From a virus (lineage: Duplodnaviria; Caudoviricetes): DNA of 25,472 nt. Under the pieces are notes generated by a model that did not search any database, was not told the DNA's origin, and saw only the letters and a list, made by a program, of their open reading frames with translations. The position numbers were made by a program, and so were the translations under genes. Each line of letters opens with the position of its first letter. Within the stretch, counting starts at the first letter, position 1. The stretch covers positions 1 through 25,472 of the IMG/VR virus record IMGVR_UViG_3300027863_000162, one strand, 5' to 3'. This document shows positions 1-6,626 of the stretch, piece after piece.

Positions 1-4
1 CGGC

Positions 5-130
5 GTTGATTTCACTGGGCGGGCGGCGGTCTCCTGTTTCAGTAGGATAACCCATTGCCGCCCGCCATTCTTGTATATTGATTTTTCTTTTTTTGACTAC
101 TCGTTCGTCTGTCGGCAAATATTTACCTCG
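5..130. repeat. 126-bp terminal direct repeat, left copy (circular assembly overlap)
   Basis: Bases 5-130 are identical to 25347-25472; only bases 1-4 differ. Confidence 0.97.
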
Positions 131-304
131 CTGATTGAACCAACGCCGACACCTTTCAATGCTGGTTGCTTTGGCTATTGGATCGTGTCCGAAGGTTTCG
201 CAGACAAGTTTAACGAGCGCCCGATCATCGTTCCGTGTGTGCGGATAGTTTTGAAGAATAAATTCAGTTTGCTTTTTAAGTGTTTTGATTCCTACGTAGT
301 CCAT
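5..304 (-). CDS. 5' part of a junction-spanning SWIM-type Zn-finger protein (161 aa in total; continues to 25161)
   Basis: ATG at 304, just after the exonuclease stop; manual translation MDYVGIKTLKKQTEFILQNYPHTRNDD...RGKYLPTDERVVKK joins ORF 25161..25460 in frame. Confidence 0.85.
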
Positions 305-310
305 AAAAGA

Positions 311-1027
311 TTAACCTAATTTTTTGAGTCGCTCCTTTATGGTTTTGCAGGCAAGGAACGCTTCTTGGTCGTCCTTGTTGTCGCTAAAAATCCGCCATTC
401 AAAGTCGCCCGTGTCTTTACCGAATCTAACAATTACCCTGTGATCAATCTTTTTGCCTGTCATCTCTTCATAGGCAATCTGATAAGCCGCTGTTTGGAGA
501 GCATGCTCTGGATAAATACCGTTTGAACTTTTGAAGTCAAAAAGAACTAATTTTTTGCCTGTTTTACCGATGGCATCTAAAACACCAGCAAAGCCATGTT
601 TCTGGCTGTAAATAATCATTTCTGATTCCAGCCATTTTACTTTTTGGTCTTTCTGGAATTGAAGAAAAGCAGTAATGCCATTTCTGATACGATCGTCTTC
701 TGGTATTTCTGGTTTTTCGCCTTTGATCCAGCGGCTGACCCATTCGTGGATTTGTGTTCCGATATCTGCGGCTTCTTCTTTGATTCGGCGGTGTTCTTTT
801 GTCGCTTCTTCAATGTCAAGCGTGGTTATCTGCTCGCCGTTTTCGATTTTGGCGAGCAGATATTGCTTGGTAAGGTTGACCGCCCAATTGATTAAGGCGC
901 TGCTTTTGTCAATTATTCCCGTGAAGGTAGTAACCGATGGGATTAAGTTGCCCTCTTCGTCCCAGAATTTGTGTTTTTCGTCGTCAAAATAGATCGTTTT
1001 TTTGCCAGATTTGATTGAGGTTATCAT
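311..1027 (-). CDS. PD-(D/E)xK exonuclease, phage recombination nuclease
   Basis: Motifs PSVTT, GTxIH, E, GxxD, DFKSS, QxxAY; adjacent to an SSAP-like gene. Confidence 0.85.
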   Translation of the reverse strand: MITSIKSGKKTIYFDDEKHKFWDEEGNLIPSVTTFTGIIDKSSALINWAVNLTKQYLLAKIENGEQITTLDIEEATKEHRRIKEEAADIGTQIHEWVSRWIKGEKPEIPEDDRIRNGITAFLQFQKDQKVKWLESEMIIYSQKHGFAGVLDAIGKTGKKLVLFDFKSSNGIYPEHALQTAAYQIAYEEMTGKKIDHRVIVRFGKDTGDFEWRIFSDNKDDQEAFLACKTIKERLKKLG

Positions 1028-1028
1028 G

Positions 1029-1814
1029 TTATTTTTTAACTACCGCCGCTAAAAATTGAGCTTTCATCATCGAGATGTATTTTTTGGTTGGGTGGTTGAG
1101 GTCAAGATTGTGACCAATTTTTGCCTCGATGAATTGCTTCTCTTGTCCGACCTTTGCGCCGTATTGTCTGGCAAGGGCGAAGAGTTCACTAATGTCTTTA
1201 TCATCGCTGAAAAGCGGTTTTTGTTTGTCTGCTTCGTCCTGAATCTCTTCTGCTGATACGATTGCAGCGCTACCAATCACCTGAGCTTCTTGGTCTGTGA
1301 TTTGTTTCTGTTCGTAAAGCTTGGCAATGTTTGCCAGCATTTCCTCATGAATTTTTACGCCGAATGCTTCAAGGATGGCTCGGTTTCTTGCTCTGGTCTG
1401 CGCCATGTGGTTTTGGTAACCTTTAAGCGTTCCCATTTTTTGGGTTGATGGTGAGCATTCGCCGATAATCCAATCGGTTATATCTTTATCTACGTCTCCC
1501 TCTACCAATTTGCAGGCGCAGATTGCTTTTTCGGTGTCATCGTTAGCGTATTTGATCCAGTTATATTTAAACTGGATATTTGGCTTGTACTCTTTTGCTT
1601 TCTGCGTAAGCCCGAGCTTATTGATGTACGGAATGTTGCCGAGAATGTTAACGCCAAAAGGCGAAACGCCTAAAACCTTAGCAGTGACGAGAATTAGATT
1701 TCGTTCTCTTATCTCTTGAGAAGTTTGTGGCTTGTTCATTAATCTTTGAGCGCCAAGCCAGATTGCTTTTTTATCGTCAGTGGTTGTTTTTTTGACTATT
1801 TTTTTGGTTGTCAT
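1029..1814 (-). CDS. putative single-strand annealing protein (RecT/Red-beta-like)
   Basis: YINKLGL and MAQTRARNRAILEAFG resemble RecT/Beta motifs; directly upstream of the exonuclease. Confidence 0.65.
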   Translation of the reverse strand: MTTKKIVKKTTTDDKKAIWLGAQRLMNKPQTSQEIRERNLILVTAKVLGVSPFGVNILGNIPYINKLGLTQKAKEYKPNIQFKYNWIKYANDDTEKAICACKLVEGDVDKDITDWIIGECSPSTQKMGTLKGYQNHMAQTRARNRAILEAFGVKIHEEMLANIAKLYEQKQITDQEAQVIGSAAIVSAEEIQDEADKQKPLFSDDKDISELFALARQYGAKVGQEKQFIEAKIGHNLDLNHPTKKYISMMKAQFLAAVVKK

Positions 1815-1836
1815 GTTTTTGAGGTTTTTGTAATTT

Positions 1837-1907
1837 ATCGGTGGATGTCAGAAATCTTCTTTGGGTGAATCGTCGCCGAAAACCCTTGATTTCTGGCATC
1901 CGCCGAT
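1837..1907. repeat. intergenic 20-bp imperfect inverted repeat
   Basis: atcggtggatgtcagaaatc (1837-1856) and gatttctggcatccgccgat (1888-1907), 18/20 Watson-Crick pairs. Confidence 0.85.
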
Positions 1908-1916
1908 GCGACCATT

Positions 1917-2135
1917 TTATTTTTTATTGGCGACGATTTCTTGTTGGCAGAATCCGCATACTTCTGGTGGCATCCAGTGTTTGCAGTAATTTCCTTGTTG
2001 TTCTTTTCTTATCTTCTCGTTGACCGCGTCTCTTACTAACCCTGCTATCGTTGCTTTTTCTCCTTCTCTTTTTTTCTGTTCTCTTAATTGATAAAGTGCT
2101 GCGATTGTTTCTTGCGGAAGTTTAATTAGATACAT
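1917..2135 (-). CDS. small putative ribbon-helix-helix DNA-binding protein with a C-terminal CxH..CxxC motif
   Basis: ATG at 2135; MYLIKLPQETIAALYQL...TIAGLVRDAVNE fits a strand-helix-helix pattern. Confidence 0.55.
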   Translation of the reverse strand: MYLIKLPQETIAALYQLREQKKREGEKATIAGLVRDAVNEKIRKEQQGNYCKHWMPPEVCGFCQQEIVANKK

Positions 2136-2301
2136 GTTGAAGTAATCGCACCACGTGTTTGGCTTGCCATAACCAGAAGGGATTCCAGTATCCTGTTCTG
2201 CCTTCAAAGGCGATTTGAGCCAGACCAGTAAATAGAATGGCTAAATCTAAGAAAACAAAAACAAGGATTGTGGTAATGGCGATTTGTAACACTTTTTTCA
2301 T
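2122..2301 (-). CDS. 59-aa membrane protein (not in the ORF track)
   Basis: Manual translation MKKVLQIAITTILVFVFLDLAILFTGLAQIAFEGRTGYWNPFWLWQAKHVVRLLQHVSN; fills the gap in the operon. Confidence 0.7.
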   Translation of the reverse strand: MKKVLQIAITTILVFVFLDLAILFTGLAQIAFEGRTGYWNPFWLWQAKHVVRLLQHVSN

Positions 2302-2351
2302 GATGCTTTTTTGTTTTTTGAGCTGATTAAGGCACAGCGTAGCCCGACCTT

Positions 2352-2388
2352 AAAAATAAAAATCCTCGCTTTTTGAGCGAGGTTTTTT
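2352..2388. terminator. intrinsic terminator in the early leader, possibly bidirectional
   Basis: cctcgct-ttttg-agcgagg hairpin with an A-tract on the left and a T-tract on the right. Confidence 0.7.
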
Positions 2389-2493
2389 CGGGCTGCGCCG
2401 CGTTGAATCAACCATTTTTATGAAGCGTTGAATCGCGCGCAGGTCATAACCTCGCTCAAAATCGATTTCTTAATTTTTTAATCTTCTATCCTA

Positions 2494-2539
2494 ATTTTAA
2501 GAGAAATCCGAACGCTGTCAAATGTCAATCTGTGGATAA
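2494..2539 (-). promoter_or_regulatory. sigma70 promoter of the early operon with an upstream DnaA box
   Basis: TTGACA (2521-2516)-N16-TAAAAT (2499-2494); TTATCCACA at 2539-2531. Confidence 0.75.
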
Positions 2540-2549
2540 CTCCGAACGA

Positions 2550-2708
2550 TTAGTGCGCCTTTTTTCTGATGTATTTTTTCTCGTCTCGGCGGTATATTTC
2601 GTGAGCCGTTGAAACAGAAATATTAAAAAAACGCGCTAATTCACGAAATGTCCATCCGTTTCGGCGCTTTCTAACTAAATCTATATTTCGTTTAGTGTTC
2701 GGCTTCAT
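2550..2708 (-). CDS. 52-aa helix-turn-helix regulator (not in the ORF track)
   Basis: Manual translation MKPNTKRNIDLVRKRRNGWTFRELARFFNISVSTAHEIYRRDEKKYIRKKAH; HTH pattern FRELARFFNISVSTAHEI. Confidence 0.8.
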   Translation of the reverse strand: MKPNTKRNIDLVRKRRNGWTFRELARFFNISVSTAHEIYRRDEKKYIRKKAH

Positions 2709-2716
2709 TTAATCTC

Positions 2717-2744
2717 ATTATAAACAACACTCCGAACGTGTCAA
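2717..2744 (-). promoter_or_regulatory. consensus sigma70 promoter for the HTH gene, probably leaderless
   Basis: TTGACA (2744-2739)-N16-TATAAT (2722-2717); ATG lies 8 nt downstream. Confidence 0.85.
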
Positions 2745-2752
2745 GTTAATAA

Positions 2753-3658
2753 CTAACGCCCCTTAAATTTTCGGTATCTTGCTTCGAGTTCTCGGTCTGT
2801 CATCATTGTGTAGACCATCGTGCTTTCTATTTTTGCGTGTCCGAGGATATTCATTACGTCCGCGTTCGTCCCGCCTTTCTGAATTATTTCGTGTCCCATG
2901 TGATGTCTGAAGCTATGAGGATTGAGTGCTGGCTTGATGCCTGCTTTGTATGAATAACTACGAAGAGCATCTGTGATGGCTCGTGCGCTTAAGCGGCAGC
3001 CGCTGTTTGAAGCAATGTTAACAAATAATGCGTGTGGATCGATGTGTTTCATTCTTCTGGCTAATTGTTTTTTTCTTTCTAACCATTGAAGAATATTTTT
3101 ATTTGTTTCTTTCGTCCAGAAAATTTCTCTGAATGGGCGCGTGCCTCGCGATTTTTCGGTTTTAATAATTGCCTTCATTCTACTAAAATCTAAATCTTCG
3201 ATATTAAGTGATCGTAATTCGCCTACTCGCACTCCTGTGTCCCATAATAAATTAATGATTGAAAGGTTGCGAACGTGGCGCGGGTCTTTTCCGTCTTTTG
3301 GAATAACAGAAATTATTTTTTGGTATTGCTCTTCGGTAGCGCTGCGTGGAATGCTGGGCATCACTTTGGGCATAGGTATAAGTTGAGGATCAATAACTCG
3401 ATAACCTTGCCGCATGTAAAAATCAAAGAAACTTCTTAGTGCCGATGCTTCGCCAACGAATGCTTTTTCTGTCCAGCCGAGCTTTTTAAGCATTGCGAAA
3501 TAGTCCAAGATATCGTCCAGAATAATATTTTCTATTTCGGCGTCTTTGACAAATAAACAAAACTTACGCAAGTCGTAACTGTATCCTTTGAGAGTGTTTT
3601 TCTCGCTCCTGTAAGAACGCCACTCTATGAATTTATCTATTGCTTCACTTATCCTCAT
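2753..3658 (-). CDS. XerC/XerD-like tyrosine recombinase (integrase or resolvase)
   Basis: Catalytic motifs TGVRVGEL, HSFRH, LGH, VYT; probable ATG at 3658; no arm-binding domain visible. Confidence 0.93.
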   Translation of the reverse strand: MRISEAIDKFIEWRSYRSEKNTLKGYSYDLRKFCLFVKDAEIENIILDDILDYFAMLKKLGWTEKAFVGEASALRSFFDFYMRQGYRVIDPQLIPMPKVMPSIPRSATEEQYQKIISVIPKDGKDPRHVRNLSIINLLWDTGVRVGELRSLNIEDLDFSRMKAIIKTEKSRGTRPFREIFWTKETNKNILQWLERKKQLARRMKHIDPHALFVNIASNSGCRLSARAITDALRSYSYKAGIKPALNPHSFRHHMGHEIIQKGGTNADVMNILGHAKIESTMVYTMMTDRELEARYRKFKGR

Positions 3659-3659
3659 A

Positions 3660-3840
3660 AAGCACGAAACCCGCCGAGACAATCAGCGGGTTCGTGCCGT
3701 TTCCGCAAGAATAAATCTTGCGGGCGTAAAACCGCCACGTGGCGGTAGTAGAGTGATCAGCTCTACCATCGTTAATTGTGGCATAAATTCGCTGTTGTCT
3801 CAACCCCCGCGAGCGGGAGTGACCCTTTCGGGCAGCGGTT
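3660..3840 (-). ncRNA. candidate structured leader RNA upstream of the recombinase
   Basis: GC-rich island with about six consecutive hairpins, including a GAAA tetraloop on the minus strand. Confidence 0.55.
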
Positions 3841-3865
3841 ATTCTTTTTTAATTTTTTCGAGTAA

Positions 3866-3894
3866 AAAATAAACCTATTTATTAAAATTGTCAA
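3866..3894 (-). promoter_or_regulatory. putative promoter for the leader and recombinase
   Basis: TTGACA (3894-3889)-N17-TATTTT (3871-3866). Confidence 0.5.
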
Positions 3895-3911
3895 GGGCGA
3901 GGCGTCTTTCT

Positions 3912-3941
3912 AAAAAATAGAGGGCTTGTAGTAAGCCCTCT
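3912..3941 (-). terminator. intrinsic terminator ending the late/lysis operon
   Basis: 9-bp stem agagggctt/aagccctct followed by ATTTTTT on the minus strand. Confidence 0.8.
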
Positions 3942-3956
3942 GGTTGCTTGTCGTGA

Positions 3957-4160
3957 TTATGGCGGCTCTTCGGCTTTGTTGTTCCTGATAATTTTGTAGA
4001 TGCTATAAATTTTTCTCAATGCTAATTCTGCGGTTTCTTCATTTTTGAATTCTTTAATCAATTCTGTTGTCCATGCTTTTTTACACCAGCCGTTTTTGAA
4101 ACGAATAACTTCTGCTCGTAAAATTTGCTTCCCTTGTCTCCAATAAATATACTCCTTCAT
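3957..4160 (-). CDS. hypothetical protein
   Basis: 67-aa ORF with AGGAGG just upstream of the ATG. Confidence 0.65.
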   Translation of the reverse strand: MKEYIYWRQGKQILRAEVIRFKNGWCKKAWTTELIKEFKNEETAELALRKIYSIYKIIRNNKAEEPP

Positions 4161-4368
4161 ATCTCCTCCTTTCTTTTTCTTTCATTCGTTTTAATCTTAT
4201 TAACAATTCAATCACCTCATCTAATGTCCTAACGCCGAAAATCTTATGCCATAAATCATGTCTTTCTGCTTTAATCAATAAAAGATTGTCTGGTGAATCG
4301 CTACCTCCACGACATCGCGGTATTAAATGATGGTGATTCCTGCGACTTTTTTTCTTGTGTTTTGCCAT
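4081..4368 (-). CDS. small HNH-like endonuclease
   Basis: HHHLIPRCRGGSDSPDNL...H...H; probable ATG at 4368. Confidence 0.75.
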   Translation of the reverse strand: MAKHKKKSRRNHHHLIPRCRGGSDSPDNLLLIKAERHDLWHKIFGVRTLDEVIELLIRLKRMKEKERRRYEGVYLLETREANFTSRSYSFQKRLV

Positions 4369-4580
4369 TCTTTCCCCCTTTCTTTTTTTAATATCAAAAA
4401 GCAATCATCGCATAACCCGTGACTCATATCGGGCATCTCTTTGTCGTCCGCTTTTTTTCTGTAAAATTCGCACGGCTTTTCGCAAATTAAACAATCACAT
4501 TTTAGCCACCTATCTTGATCAAAAACACAACACCCGTAAACTACTTGACACCGAATACAACAGCGATACATTCTTCTCAT
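4323..4580 (-). CDS. Cys-rich putative Zn-binding protein
   Basis: CxxC clusters and SHGLCDDC; GAGGTG upstream of the start. Confidence 0.6.
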   Translation of the reverse strand: MRRMYRCCIRCQVVYGCCVFDQDRWLKCDCLICEKPCEFYRKKADDKEMPDMSHGLCDDCFLILKKERGKEWQNTRKKVAGITII

Positions 4581-4588
4581 TTCTCACC

Positions 4589-5062
4589 TCATTTTTTTAA
4601 ATTTTTAACGTACTTGCCCCAGCAATGTCCGCTCCATCTATACCACGGCTTGAGACCATAGTTTTGATAAAGCCAGACCGCTGCCTTGAGGTTGCCTTGC
4701 CACTCGTAAATATCAATCTTCATCGCCTTAAAAAAGTCATACCAAACAAGGCGGTTGATTTGCCCGTAACCGATATTGCCAGAACTAATTACTACTTCGC
4801 CGTCTTTTCCGAAATGTCGCCAGCCCGATTCACACTTGATAACTTCGCGTAAAATTAGAAAATCTCGATACCTCATACCACTTTCTAAAACAAGGTTATA
4901 CAAATAAACTTTTGCCTGTTCTTCCTGTGTTAATTCCCGTATGAATTCTGCTTTTGGCAGCATTTTTTTCAGCTCTTTATCTATCAATTGTTGCATTCCG
5001 TACCATGTTGCGCTTACTACAAATGTCGCCAAAATCAGAAATTGTGCGATGTATTTAAACAT
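4589..5062 (-). CDS. membrane-anchored lysozyme-fold lytic transglycosylase (SAR-endolysin-like)
   Basis: N-terminal hydrophobic helix; CESG (catalytic Glu), GYGQIN, and G..PW motifs. Confidence 0.75.
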   Translation of the reverse strand: MFKYIAQFLILATFVVSATWYGMQQLIDKELKKMLPKAEFIRELTQEEQAKVYLYNLVLESGMRYRDFLILREVIKCESGWRHFGKDGEVVISSGNIGYGQINRLVWYDFFKAMKIDIYEWQGNLKAAVWLYQNYGLKPWYRWSGHCWGKYVKNLKK

Positions 5063-5092
5063 AAGCGGCGGGTGTTTGCTCCCGCCAAACCC

Positions 5093-5335
5093 TTATTGCT
5101 GCTGTTCCTGTTGTGCTTCTTTACGAAAAATTCCCCATGATAAATCTTTTCGGGTGAATTGTCCTATGATCCAGAGAACCGCTCCGATCCCCTGTAAAAT
5201 AGCAATTATTGCTTCTGTGAATATGCCTTCGTCTAAATCTAAACCGAAGGTGCGAAGAAGCGTCGCCACGATTGCGATGTACATGCCGACGCCTGCTTTT
5301 GAGATTGTTGTAAACATATTAGTTGTAAAGTTCAT
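5093..5335 (-). CDS. putative holin with two TM helices
   Basis: 80 aa, two hydrophobic segments, charged C-terminus, located between two hydrolase genes. Confidence 0.65.
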   Translation of the reverse strand: MNFTTNMFTTISKAGVGMYIAIVATLLRTFGLDLDEGIFTEAIIAILQGIGAVLWIIGQFTRKDLSWGIFRKEAQQEQQQ

Positions 5336-6380
5336 TTAATTTCGACCTTGTTTTTGGACCGACAATGCGACCTCCGAGCGCGTCAAGCTCGGCATCATCG
5401 GCGACTTTATATTTCTTTTGAAAAGCAAGCACTGCTTTGGCGGTGATTGCGCCGTAGTAGCCAGTGCTTTCTGTGTTGATCGGAAACAACCCTTCATATT
5501 TCAAAATATCTTGAAGGGCTTTTACGTCGTTGCTTGTTTTATTGAAATTTAAATCTCGCATAAAATTGTATTTTGGTTTTTCTGTTGTTTGTTCGGCAAA
5601 TTTAAAGTTAATCAAATAAGCGGCAAATGTGTTTCTCTCTTTGTGAAAATCTTCAGTAATAATCCTTCTGCCTTGTATGGCATATTGAATGCCCCAGCTG
5701 TCTTCTATGATTAGGGCTTTTTTGCCTTGATATAAAGTAAAATCTACGGCTGTGACGCTGTGGTGCAGTTTCGGGTCATTGGTTTTGATAGTAGGAACAT
5801 CTAACCATTCGTCGTAGTTGAATTTATACCAAACCATTACTCCTTTGCCTGTGGTCTGGATAATTGAGGCGATTGTTTCGATGTCGCCAATTGGTAGAAT
5901 CACATAATTATTAACTTTGAAAATGGCACCCACTTCTTCCTTGTAATTCTCTATTCTGACTGCGTCCATCTGGGCATCGTTCATGCCTTGTGACGGCGCT
6001 AATACTTCAAGCGTTACGCCTTTACGTGCGATGTTTAGGGCATCAACGCCCCACATACCGCTTGCTGGTTTATTTTGACGACGTTGATAAATATGAGTTG
6101 CTGAAAAATGAACGTAATCGCCGTTTTTTAACCAGTAAAGAATACCAAGAAGTTTCGCCGCTGTTTGCGCTACGCAAGATCCGCTTCCGTTTTGATTAAA
6201 AATCGGAAACTTTCGCCATTCTTCTGGCTTCTTCTCTATCCAGTTGACTGGATTAATACTTGCGACAATTTCTTGAAATTGATAATCTTTCTGGCGCTCA
6301 TCTGGCGTACGGGGATCTTCCAGTGCGCCTGTGCCGAATTGCTGTTTTTGAAATAAATTTTTAAACCAGTTTATGTTCAT
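5319..6380 (-). CDS. papain-like (C1) cysteine peptidase with a C-terminal peptidoglycan-binding domain; putative endolysin
   Basis: QNGSGSCVA, HHSV, EDSWG; PGBD-like DVKALQDIL...GYYGAITAKAVLAFQ...VGPKTR. Confidence 0.8.
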   Translation of the reverse strand: MNINWFKNLFQKQQFGTGALEDPRTPDERQKDYQFQEIVASINPVNWIEKKPEEWRKFPIFNQNGSGSCVAQTAAKLLGILYWLKNGDYVHFSATHIYQRRQNKPASGMWGVDALNIARKGVTLEVLAPSQGMNDAQMDAVRIENYKEEVGAIFKVNNYVILPIGDIETIASIIQTTGKGVMVWYKFNYDEWLDVPTIKTNDPKLHHSVTAVDFTLYQGKKALIIEDSWGIQYAIQGRRIITEDFHKERNTFAAYLINFKFAEQTTEKPKYNFMRDLNFNKTSNDVKALQDILKYEGLFPINTESTGYYGAITAKAVLAFQKKYKVADDAELDALGGRIVGPKTRSKLNELYN

Positions 6381-6384
6381 GGCT

Positions 6385-6615
6385 TTATTTTTCTTTTAAG
6401 AAAAACGAAATAACTGAAACAATAATGCTTACCACTGCAGAAATGCCCGCTACAATACCTTTGTGGCGAGATATTTCTTGCTCAATCGTATCAATGCGAC
6501 AATCGTGTTTTTCTATGCTTCCGTTGATTTTTCTCAAGTGTTCTAAAATTCCATCGATTTTACCCTCGATTCTTCCGATACTTCGTTCTAAATTGTTAAG
6601 TTCGTTTTCGTTCAT
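6385..6615 (-). CDS. coiled-coil protein with a C-terminal TM helix (XhlA/holin-like)
   Basis: True start probably ATG 6615 (MNENELNN); first gene of the lysis cassette. Confidence 0.7.
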   Translation of the reverse strand: MNENELNNLERSIGRIEGKIDGILEHLRKINGSIEKHDCRIDTIEQEISRHKGIVAGISAVVSIIVSVISFFLKEK

Positions 6616-6626
6616 ATTTTTGTTAG

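Noticed and set aside
1-4. First four bases differ from the terminal repeat
   Set aside because: Most likely a contig-end artefact. The overlap itself is read as assembly circularity, not as physical terminal repeats.
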